This document shows, piece after piece, positions 28,121 through 39,974 of a DNA stretch of 64,000 nt. The position numbers and the translations under genes are program-made. The notes under the pieces were generated by a model, which was given only the letters and a program-made list of their open reading frames with translations, was not told where the DNA came from and did no database searches. Positions within the stretch are counted from its first letter, which is position 1; every line of letters starts with the position of its first letter. Origin of the DNA: Octopus vulgaris (lineage: Eukaryota); contig OX597816.1 of the NCBI GenBank assembly GCA_951406725.2, positions 33,170,001-33,234,000 of the forward strand. Direction: 5' to 3'.

Positions 28121-28407
28121 GGTGATCTTATGGTATAAGTACCGGTGAACTTCCGGAAGTACCGGACACATTTCAAAAAATTGTTTTTTTTATATATGGG
28201 GGATTAGGTTTACGGTTTGTGTTAGGGTTAGGGTATGTGGCGATTCTTTGGTATAGGTTCACACGTGACTTTGTTAACATTTCTGAAGATAACAGAAACC
28301 CTTTTCTCCCACCCCTAACCCTAACCCTCCATATATAAAAAAAAAACTTTTTTGAAATGTATCCGGTACTTCCGGAAGTACACTGGTACTTATACCGTAA
28401 GATCACT
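28121..28407. mobile_element. MITE with ~95-bp TIRs, 9-bp TSD and TTAGGG repeats, inserted in a family B SINE
   Basis: gtgatcttatggtataagtaccggtgaacttccggaagtaccgga... is mirrored at 28310-28406. ataagtacc flanks both ends (28112-28120, 28408-28416), a Mutator-like TSD length. Confidence 0.88.
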
Positions 28408-28494
28408 ATAAGTACCAGTTTATCTCTAGTGTTGATGACTTATCTCCTCCCCTGAAATTGCAGAACCTGTTGCAAAAATTTTAAGCCAATTCAA

Positions 28495-29035
28495 GGCAGC
28501 AAGCTGGCTGAATCATTAAGAAGCCTACTTCCCAACCCCATAATTCTGGGACCAGTTCCACTGCGCGATATCTTAGGCAAATGCCTTCTAGTGCAGTCAC
28601 AGGCCAACCAACGTTTTATAAATGGATTCTGTTGATGAAAACTGATAAAAAACACTGGGCAAGATGCTTAGTGGTATTTTGTCCACCTTTATGCTCTTAG
28701 TTCAAATCCCACTGCGGCCAAATTTGTCTTTCATCCTTTCAGGATTGATAAAGCAAGTATCTGTTGAACCCTGAGGTCGATGTAATAAACTTATCCTCTC
28801 CACCAAAATTGCTGGATTTGTGCCAAAAATTTGAAAACAATATAAGGCAGCAGGTTGGCAGAATCATTAGCACACTGGACAAGATGCTTAGCAATACCTT
28901 GTCCATCTTTGTGTTCTGAGTTCAAATGCCATCCAAGGAGCAGTAAAATATGTACCAGTTGAATGCTTGAGTCAACATGATTGACTTCCTTTTCTCTGAT
29001 ATTGCTGGCCAGGTACAAAAATTCTAAACCAATAT
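28495..29035 (+). mobile_element. Two tandem family B SINEs; the first carries a family A-derived insert
   Basis: Heads ggcagcaagctggctgaatcatt (~28495) and ggcagcaggttggcagaatcatt (~28846). Confidence 0.8.
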
Positions 29036-29279
29036 TCATTCAGTAAAGAAGGCCTTACGTTCTTTTTCCACTTTTTGTATAATGATAATGTAAATTCAAT
29101 AATAAAAGCCATACAGTGTAGAACTGCTTCACGTTTCCAAAATAAATCTAATGTAATTTATGGGAATTTCAGTTTATTGCACAGTTTACAGTCTCATAAA
29201 GTTTTCACTTCAAACTAGTGAAATTAAAATATTATTAAATTCAATTTTGTGATTATTGTAGTGTAACTTTTTATTATCA

Positions 29280-29781
29280 TATCTTTTATCTTTTACTTGT
29301 TTCAGTCATTAGACTGTGGCCATGCTGGAGCACTACCTTGAAGAATTCTTAGTCAAATGAATCAACCACAGTACTTATTTTTTGTAAGCATGGTTCTCTT
29401 ACTTTCAGTCTATTTTGCTGAACTGCTAAGTTACAGGATGTAACCATGCCAACACCAGTTGTCTAGTAGTTATGGGATACAAACACTGACACACACACAT
29501 ACATATGTGTGTGTGTATGTATATATATAAATAATGTATAAATAAATAAATATATATAAATAAATGTATATATATAAAAATTATGGCGAGATGGCAGAAA
29601 CGTTAGCACGCCGGGCGAAATGCGTAGCCGTATTTCGTCTGTTCAAATTCTTTGCTTTCATCCTTTCGGGGTCGATATATAAAGTACCAGTTTCACACTT
29701 GGGTCGATGTAATCGACTTAATCCCTTTGTCTGTCCTTGTTTGTCCCCTCTATGTTTAGCCCCTTGTGGGCAATAAAGAAA
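29280..29781. mobile_element. SINE A 3' half (-, 29280-29520) and SINE B (+, 29585-29781)
   Basis: Matches to the full copies elsewhere in the window. Confidence 0.8.
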
Positions 29782-29786
29782 TATAT

Positions 29787-30542
29787 ATATAAATAATCAG
29801 AAGATGGAGAAAACCTCAAATCAACAAACAACACAATTGGACTACATCTAAATCTTATTAATACAAAGGTTGATATAACATTTATGTGACATAATTCTTA
29901 CAGCTGTTTCCGCTTCCGATGCCTATAAGTGCTTACAAAGAATTCTCTGTAATATTTCTGTAAGTACACTATTATAAGATCCCTAAGTTAATGTTCTGGA
30001 TAAATATTAACTAGAGTTATGTATGTTAGCATAGATAATGCCTTTTTATAAACATGTTAGTAATTATCTTCTGTTATACTTTTTGCTTATTTCTTTTCAC
30101 AACAATTAAAACATCTTGGTTCCCCCTTTATAATGAAATAACCCCCAATTTTCTTTTCTCTCTAGATCATTGCTAGATCACTCTTTTACCTACGGACTTC
30201 AAAGCCCTGTGATGGTAGAGTGCATGTTTTTAATATATTGGGGTTTTAGACTTCTCTAGACCATGTTTTTCTTTCCTATTCCCTCTTCCATTTGTTTATT
30301 TGGACACTTTTATATTAACTCTAATGAAGCTCCATGTAATAGTTTGAATGTCCTATGAAGATAAAAAAATATTATTTTCGCAATTCTTTGTAGGCTCTGA
30401 TTGGCATCAGAAGCAGAAACGGCTGTAAGAATTATGTCACATAAATGTTATGCCATCTTTGCATTAAATAATAAGATTTAGTTGTAGTCCAAGTGAGTTG
30501 CTTGCTGATCTGAGATTTTCTCTATTTTCTGATTATTTATAT
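29787..30542. mobile_element. Old Penelope-like remnant with outward-facing inverted pLTR arms (~29787-29960 / ~30365-30542)
   Basis: Diverged inverted arms, each with gaaac(a/g)gctgtaaga (hammerhead 3' half, AGCT palindrome). Decayed core ctaatga at 30321. Confidence 0.7.
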
Positions 30543-31781
30543 TTGATTCCTGATAAACTTTTGTTTATTCTGTTGTTACCTGTTCTCTATGAGCATAGTC
30601 TGCCTGCATACCCATGCCCAGAAATAACATGGGTAACTAATACTGATAGTATATACAAACATTTTATCCCTTAGTTGGTTATTATAACTGCTAACTCTGA
30701 TTACCACACAGCTATGCCTGCTCCTATACATACAACTATTTTTAATCTCAAACATTTAATTTTTCTATATACTATTTAGATGTTGCTGTTTTGACTCTTG
30801 GGATCTGTCTATGGGAATTTGAGGGATATTCTTTTTTAAAAGAGGGTTTTGTCCAGGGGTGGTTTCTGTGCTAGGAGTGAAGTTGTTCTGCATTGTTAGA
30901 ACTACATAGTCTATAAATATATTTTACCTTCTAAGATGATATGATGTGATTTGTAGTGAGATTTGTCTGCTATTTCAAGCAAGACAAGTATACCTGAGGA
31001 TGAACGCACCTCCTTTCATTCTGTTGTTTTACATATGCAGAAATCCATAATCCAACGACAATTCTTCCAGTCACACTATTTTGGGATTCACTTCAAAGGT
31101 CATATGAGTGACCTTTGCTGCTTTGACTTATGATATGTACATTCACTTGTGTATGTGTGAGTGTGTGTGTTTATGTGTGTGTATGTTCGTTTCAGTATAC
31201 AAACAAGTGAGTAAATATTTAATCCTCATAATAGAGTCTGTGACTTTCCTTTTTTTCTTATTGTGATTATTCACTCTCGCATCACTCTTTTACTTGCATA
31301 TATGTTTGTTCTTCAACAAATGCATACAAATGAAAGATTCATAATGAAGGAAATCATAATTTTGAATGAAACAAAAGATAGAATATGCATCTGTTTTGTA
31401 TACACACACATATATATATATATACATACACACATACACACATTTTATGCAATCTGATGAAATAAAAATCAATACATAAAGTAGAATGCTTATGCCATCT
31501 TATTATAGCTTGACAGTTATATCACTAAATCAAGGGCTTGGACTTGTACATAGGAAATCTGGTCAAGCATTGTCAGAGCCCCATATATTTAATATGTTAT
31601 AGCTGACAAGTGATTTGACTCAAGATTCAAGGTCTTTGATTAATTCATGTTGTTCTGAGTATAATGGAATATGCATAATTGTATGCATCTGTACATATGA
31701 ATCTGTGTATCTATATGCGTGCAGATATATAGATATACGTGTGTCTATGTATGTGTATGCATGCATATGTGTATACATATA

Positions 31782-31825
<44 letters not shown>

Positions 31826-31828
<3 letters not shown>

Positions 31829-34693
31829 TCATCATCATCATCATCATCATTTAGCGTCCGTTTTCCATGCTAGCATGGGTTGGACGGTTCAACTGGGGTC
31901 TGGGGAGCCCGAAGGCTGCACCAGGCCAGTCAGATCTGGCAGTGTTTCTACAGCTGGATGCCCTTCCTAACGCCAACCACTCCGAGAGTGTAGTGGGTGA
32001 TTTTATGTGCCACCGACACAGGTGCCAGACGAGGCTGGCGAACGGCCACGCTCGGATGGTGTTTTTATGTGCCACCGACACAGGTGCCAGACGAGGCTGG
32101 CAGACGGCCACGCTCGGATGGTGTTTTTATGTGCCACCGACACAGGTGCCAGATGAGGCTGGCGGACGGCCACGATCGGATGGTGTTTGTTACGTCCCCA
32201 AAGCACGGAGGCCAGTCTATGTGGTACTGGCTACGGCCACGTTCGGATGATTTTCTTGTGTGCCACCGGCACTGGTCCACAAAGATACAAATTCCATTGA
32301 TGTTCATCTATTTTGATTTGTTTTGATTTGATTTGATTTTTGATTTTCACTTGCCTCAACAGGTCTTCACAAGTGTCACAAGAAGGAAGGTATGCACAGG
32401 TGGACTGACTACGTCCCAGGTAGGGGCCACGGGTTATGGCCTGACTAGTCTTGCCGGGTCTTCGGATGGTGTTTTTATGTGCCACCGACACAGGTGCCAG
32501 ATGAGGCTGGCGAACGGCCACGATCGGATGGTGTTTGTTGCGTGCCCACAGCACGGAGGCCAGTCGATGCGGTACTGGCTACGGCCACGTTCGGATGGTT
32601 TTCTTGTGTGCCACTGGCACTGGTACCACAAGATACAAATTCCATTGATGTTCATCTATTTTGATTTGATTTGATTTGATTTTCACTTGCCTCAACAGGT
32701 CTTCACAAGTGTCACAAGAAGGAAGGAAGGTATGCACAGGTGGACTGACTACGTCCCAAGTAGGGGCCATGGGTTATGGCCTGACTAGTCTTGCCGGGTC
32801 TTCGGTTGGTGTTTTTATGTGCCACCGACACAGGTGCCAGATGAGGCTGGCGGACGGCCACGATCGGATGGTGTTTGTTATGTGCCCACATCACAGAGGC
32901 CAGTCGATGCGGTACTGGCTACGGCCACGTTCGGATGGTTTTCTTGTGTGCCACCGGTACTGGTACCACAAAGATACAAATTGCATTGATGTTCATCTAT
33001 TTTGATTTGGTTTGATTTGATTTTTGATTTTCACTTGCCTCAACAGGTCTTCACAAGGGTCACACACTTGCCTCAACAGGTCTCCACAAGTGTCACACAC
33101 TTGCCTCTGCCTCAACAGGTCTTCACAAGTGTCACACACTTGCCTCAACAGGTCTTCACAAGTGTCATAAGAGGGAAGGTATGCACAGGTGGACTGACTA
33201 CGTCGCCGGGTCTTCGGGTGGTGTCTTTATGTGCCACCGACACAGGTGCCAGATGAGGCTGGCGAACGGCCACGATCGGATGGTGTTTGTTGTGCCCACA
33301 GCACGGAGGCCAGTCGATGCGGTACTGGCTACAGCCACGTTTGGGTGGTTTTCTTGTGTGCCACCGGCACTGGTACCACAAAGAATACAATTCCACTGAT
33401 GTTCATCTATTTTGATTTGTTTTGATTTGATTTGATTTTCACTTGCCTCAACAGGTCTTCATAAGTGTCACAAGAAGGAAGGTATGCACAGGAGGACTGA
33501 CTACGTCCCAGGTAGGGGCCACGGGTTATGGCCTGACTAGTCTTGCCGGGTCTTCTCACGCACAGCATACTTCCATAGGTCTCGGTCTCTAGACATTTCC
33601 TTAGTGAGACCTAAATTTCGAAGGTCGTGCTTCACCACCTCGTCCCAGGTTTTCCTGGGTCTACCTCTTCCACAGGTTCCCTCAACTGCTAGGGTGTAGC
33701 ACTTTTGCACACAACTATCTTCAGCCTTTCTCATCACATGACCATACCAGCGCAGCCGTCTCTCTTGCACACCACAACTGACGCTTCTTAGGTTCAACTT
33801 TTCTCTCAAGGAACTTACACTCTGACGATTATGAACACTGACATTACACATCCATCGGAGCATACTGGCTTCATTTCTTGCGAGCTTACGCATATCCTCA
33901 GCAGTCACGGCCCATGTTTCACTACCATGTAGCATGGCTGTACGTACACATGCATCATACAGTCAGCCTCTTACTCTGAGCGAGAGGCCTTTTGTCACCA
34001 GCAGGGGTAAGAGCTCTCTAAACTTTGCCCAGGCTATTCTTACTCTAGCAGTTACACTTTCAGCACACACACCCCCGCTACTGACTTGGTCTCCTAGGTA
34101 GCGGAAGCTATCAACTACTTCTAGTTTGTCTCCCTGGAACGTGGCAGAAGTTGGTCTCTGCACATTTCCAGTGTTTATTGCTCCTGAGCATTTGCCACAG
34201 ACAAAAACTATTTTCCTAGTTAGCCTTCCTTTGACATTGCTGCACCTCTTATGTGTCCATAGCTTACACTTGGTGCATCTTATAGAGTTTCTACCTACAC
34301 CTTTTTTACAGATCGAGCAGGGCCATCTACCTGAAGGCGTTTGTGATTGATCTACCTTCCTACTTATTAGGACTTTGGTTTTGGCTAGGTTGATTCTAAG
34401 GCCCTTCGATTCTAATCCTTGTTTCCACACCTGAAACTTCTCCTCCAGTTCTGATAGTGACTCAGCAATTAGAGCAAGGTCGTCAGCATAGAGGAGCTCC
34501 CAGGGCAACCTGTCTTGAATTCCTCCGTTATTGCCTGGAGGACTATGATAAATAGGAGGGGACTGAGGACTGAACCTTGGTGGACCCCAACCTCTACCCG
34601 GAATTCTTCACTGTACCCGTTGCCAACCCTCACCTTACTAGCAGCGTCTCTGTACATAGCTTGCACAGCTCTCACCAACCATTCTTCTATCCC
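31826..34693 (-). mobile_element. Young 5'-truncated RTE-clade LINE with ~1.7-kb tandem-array 3' UTR and (TGA)n tail
   Basis: RT coding sequence at 33537-34693; UTR at 31826-33536 made of 62-bp subunits and ~340-bp macro-units; inserted in a TA microsatellite. Confidence 0.95.
33537..34693 (-). pseudogene. RTE reverse transcriptase C-terminal part with PHD finger
   Basis: Motifs [42 protein letters not shown] and GRGRPRKTW. One frameshift (~34503) and one in-frame TGA (33963-33965). Confidence 0.95.
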
Positions 34694-35390
<697 letters not shown>

Positions 35391-37442
35391 TACGTTTAAA
35401 TATTTGTTGTGCAAGATTTTTTATGTGAAGTCGTGTCTTGAAACAGATATTGTTATATTTCGGAATGGTCATATTGCCAGTTTAGCCAATAAAAACACAC
35501 GCACTATATATTTGGTGTTATTTTGCTTCAGTGATATTTATTTATTTTTTTTTATTTTTTTTTTTTTACATTAATCTTAATCTTATTTCGGCCAAAGTTC
35601 TTTCGTCACACTCCTGTGACCGCATCAGTGGTCCTTTGTTTTCTTCTCACTTACTTGTGTCTCTCCTTACTAACCGTCAGCCATTTTGTATTTCTATTGT
35701 ATGTCTTCATTTGCGCATGCTTATATCTATATGTGCGTCTATGTTTATTTAGTGTGTGGGGGGGAGGATGTCTGTAATATTTGTATCTTCTGGTTATATA
35801 CATTCTTGTAATTTGTATTTTGTTTTTGTTGTTGTTGCTTTTGTTCTAATTTTGTTCATGTGTTTACATCCACCCATTATTATCATTACATATGCTTGTA
35901 TGTATGTATAACAACAATATTAGTAATAATAATAATAAATCTAATCGAGAAAAAAAAAAAAAAAAAAAAGAATATACATATACATATATATATATATATA
36001 CATACACATACATATACATATATATATATATGAGAACAGCCATAAAGAAAGGATCAGAGTATACAAAGGAGCCATGAAGAAATTTGATAATATATTATGT
36101 AATGATAGGAATGGGATTTGCCCACTCTATAGGAACAAGTCATGGAACACTATAGAAAGGACAAAAAGAAAATAAGGAAGGCCAACTCTTGGTATGATAG
36201 CCATAAATACCAGAGTGTCATGTTCGTTGACACCACCCCTGGAGGTGAACTAGCGTACCGCTTTAGAAGGACCCTAGATAAACTTAAACTAAGAATTAAG
36301 GTTGTTGAAAAGCCAGGCAACCCTATCAGATCTATAATTGGTAGAACCTATCCTTTTAGTAGAACTCTCTGTACGGATAACTATTGCACTGTATGTAGAT
36401 TTAGCCCACAAACGAACTGTAAAGCCAGAAATGTGGTCTATAGTATAAGATGTATAGAGGGACGATGCAGTAACAAGACAGTAACATACGTAGGGGAAAC
36501 TGCAAGAAGCATTGGTGAGCGGGTGAATGAACATTGGAGACAACTCAAGGAAGGTAAAAGCTCATCGATTCTGTACCAACACGCCGAACAAGAACACGGG
36601 GGATCAATCAATAACATAGAGATTAAGATATTGTCCACACATAGAACAGATGCAACAATTAGACAAATTACAGAAGCTACACATATAATAGAAAATAAAC
36701 CTAGCCTGAATAGAAAACTAGAATGGAGCAATAGCGCACACCACAACATATGACAATAGTGGATCCTGCAAACATAATAAATACACAGGTAATTAAAGAA
36801 ATAGAAATGAATATCTATGTGTATGTATATGTGTATATATATGTATATGTATATGTGTATATATGTGTGTATATATGTATATATATATATGTATATGTAT
36901 GTGTATGTATATATATATATATATGTATATGTATATTCTTTTTTTTTTTTTTTTTTCTCGATTAGATTTATTATTATTATTACTAATATTGTTGTTATAC
37001 ATACATACAAGCATATGTAATGATAATAATGGGTGGATGTAAACACATGAACAAAATTAGAACAAAAGCAACAACAACAAAAACAAAATACAAATTACAA
37101 GAATGTATATAACCAGAAGATACAAATATTACAGACATCCTCCCCCCACACACTAAATAAACATAGACGCACATAGAGATATAAGCATGCGCAAATGAAG
37201 ACATACAATAGAAATACAAAATGGCTGACGGTTAGTAAGGAGAGACACAAGTAAGTGAGAAGAAAACAAAGGACCACTGATGCGGTCACAGGAGTGTGAC
37301 GAAAGAACTTTGGCCGAAATAAGATTAAGATTAATGTAAAAAAAAAAAAAAATAAATATCACTGAAGCAAAATAACACCAAATATATAGTGCGTGTGTTT
37401 TTATTGGCTAAACTGGCAATATGACCATTCCGAAATATAACA

Positions 37443-37446
<4 letters not shown>
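35391..37446 (+). mobile_element. Penelope-like element (Neptune-type), 5'-truncated, with an inverted copy of its 3' UTR/pLTR
   Basis: GIY-YIG ORF flanked by arms 35447-36030 and 36878-37446. By eye these differ only by one substitution and in homopolymer/microsatellite lengths; both outer flanks are microsatellite. Confidence 0.92.
36032..36753 (+). pseudogene. Penelope-like ORF C-terminus: Cys-rich linker + GIY-YIG endonuclease
   Basis: Upstream frame HKERIRVY..PLYRNKSW, frameshift in the A-run at ~36165, then [61 protein letters not shown]. Confidence 0.92.
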
Positions 37447-37505
<59 letters not shown>

Positions 37506-37527
37506 CATATATATATATATATATATA

Positions 37528-37562
<35 letters not shown>

Positions 37563-37567
<5 letters not shown>

Positions 37568-38185
37568 AGAATGTCTAATGGATCTTCTATTGAAAGGTTA
37601 AACGTTGTTAACTGTGGCTTCATAAAAGCTCAGCCACAACCAAGAAGGGATCTTCATGAGAAAAAGTTTCTTCTCTCTATCTGGTGGGATTGCAAAGGAA
37701 TAATTCACTTTGAATTATTACCACCTAATTAAGAAATCAATGCTTAAGTCGAATGTCAGCAATTAGGGCGTTTGAACCAAACTTTCAAGAAAAATGGCCC
37801 GCTTTAGTGAATCGAAAAAGAATTATGTTTCATCAAGACAATGCATGACCCCACGCTGCAAAGATGACATCATAGAAGATCGAAGAGTTCAGTTGGGAAA
37901 AAAATTTCCTCCTCCACTTTATTCTCCCGACCTTACTCCTTCAGACTGCCATTTGTTTCATAGTTTACAGAATCATTTCACAAGCCAGGGGGAGGGCAAA
38001 ACTGACATGTCAGAGTTCTTTGCTTTGAAACGAAAAGAGTTTTACATTGATGAGATTAAAAAGCTTGTAAATAGATTGAAGGAAGTTATAGGTAATCAGG
38101 GAAAGTACCTTGATGATTAAATTTCAATTAAATATAACATTTGATTACTTGTTTTCTTTATTCAATATTCGGACAAACCTTATGG
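37563..38185 (+). pseudogene. mariner transposase 3' half plus likely right end
   Basis: LHEKKFLLSIWWDCKGIIHFELL, HQDNA*PH and YSPDLTPSD (D,D34D family). Confidence 0.9.
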
Positions 38186-38195
38186 TATGCATACA

Positions 38196-39890
38196 CATCA
38201 TCATCATCATCATCATCATTTAACGTCCGCTTTCCATGCTAGCATGGGTTGGACGGTTCAACTGGGGTCTGAGGAGCCCGAAGGCTGCACCAGGCCAGTC
38301 AGATCTGGCAGTGTTTCTACAGCTGGATGCCCTTCCTAACGCCAACCACTCTGAGAGTGTAGTGGGTGATTTTATGTGCCACCGACACAGTGCCAGACGA
38401 GGCTGGCAGACGGCCACGCTCGGATGGTGTTTTTATGTGCCACCGACACAGGTGCCAGATGAGGCTGGCGAACGGCCATGATCGGATGGTGTTTGTTACG
38501 TGCCCACAGCATGGAGGCCAGTCGATGCAGTACTGGCTATGGCCACGTTCGGATGGTTTTCTTGTATGCCACCGGCACTGGTACCACAAAGATACAATTC
38601 CATTGATGTTCATCAATTTTGATTTGATTTGATTTGATTTGATTTTGATTTTGATTTTGATTTTCACTTGCCTCAACAGGTCTTCACAAGATGTTCATCT
38701 ATTTTGATTTGGTTTGATTTGATTTGATTTGATTTTGATTTTCACTTGCTTCAACAGGTCTTCACAAGTGTCACAAGAAGGAAGGTATGCACAGGTGGAC
38801 TGACTACGTCCCAGGTAGTGGTCACGGGTTATGGCCTGACTATTCTTGCCGGGTCTTCGGATGGTGTTTTTATGTGCCACCGACACAGGTGCCAGATGAT
38901 TCTGGCGAACGGCCACGATCAGATGGTTTTCTTGTATGCCACCGGCACTGGTACCACAAGGATACAATTCCATTGATGTTCATCTATTTTGATTTGTTTT
39001 GATTTGATTTTGATTTTGATTTTGATTTTCACTTGCCTCAACAGGTCTTCACAAGATGTTCATCTATTTTGATTTGTTTTGATTTGATTTGATTTGATTT
39101 GATTTTGATTTTCACTTGCCTCAACAGGTCTTCACAAGTGTCACAAGAAGGAAGGTATGCACAGGTGGACTGACTACGTCCCAGGTAGGTGTCATGGGTT
39201 ATTGCCTGACTATTCTTGCTGGGTCTTCGGATGGTGTTTTTATGTGCCACCGACACAGGTGCCAGATGAGGCTGGCAAACGGCCACGATCGGATGGTTTT
39301 CTTGTGCCCCGTGCCACCGGCACTGGTACCACAAAGATACAATTCCATTGATGTTCATCTATTTTGATTTGATTTGTTTTGATTTTGATTTTGATTTTCA
39401 CTTGCCTCAACAGGTCTTCACAAGTGTCACAAGAAGGAAGGTATGCACAGGTGGACTGACTACGTCCCAGGTAGGGGTCACGGGTTATGGCCTGACTATT
39501 CTTGCCGGGTCTTCGGATGGTGTTTTTATGTGCCACCGACACAGGTGCCAGATGAGGCTGGTGAACGGCCACGATCAGATGGTGTTTGTTACGTGCCCAA
39601 AGCACGGAGGCCAATCGATGCGGTATTGGCTACGGCCACGTTCGGATGGTTTTCTTGTGTGCCACAAAGATACAAATTCCATTGATGTTCATCTATTTTG
39701 ATTTGTTTTGATTTGATTTGATTTGATTTTCACTTGCCTCAACAGGTCTTCACAAGTGTCACAAGAAGGAAGGTATGCACAGGTGGACTGACTACGTCCC
39801 ATGTAGGGACCACAGGTTATGGCCTGACTAGTCTTGCCGGGTCTTCGGATGGTGTTTTTATGTGCCACCGACACAGGTGCCAGATGAGGC
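38196..39890 (-). mobile_element. RTE-family insertion consisting only of the 3' UTR array
   Basis: Same tail and units as 31826-33536; TSD atgcataca at 38187-38195 and 39891-39899. Confidence 0.93.
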
Positions 39891-39974
39891 ATGCATACAT
39901 ATATACATAAATAATACATACACATATACATATATACACACATGCAAAATAGAAATATGCTCTGTTTTCCATGG

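Noticed and set aside
28200-28330. Interstitial telomere or chromosome fusion site
   Set aside because: Only 2-3 TTAGGG units, located inside MITE TIRs with a TSD.
32007-32070. HDV-like ribozyme in the 62-bp subunit (cca gcctcgtc tgg resembles P3/L3)
   Set aside because: I could not build a valid P1, P1.1 or P2, or find the catalytic C segment.
31990-33540. CRISPR-like regular repeats
   Set aside because: The units are contiguous tandem copies without unique spacers, they are attached to a LINE ORF, there are no cas genes, and the context is eukaryotic.
36142-36753. Host or homing GIY-YIG nuclease gene, or a selenoprotein-type element
   Set aside because: Upstream motifs and the inverted pLTR identify a Penelope-like element; the 36142 ATG lies just upstream of a frameshift, and no in-frame TGA replaces a Cys.
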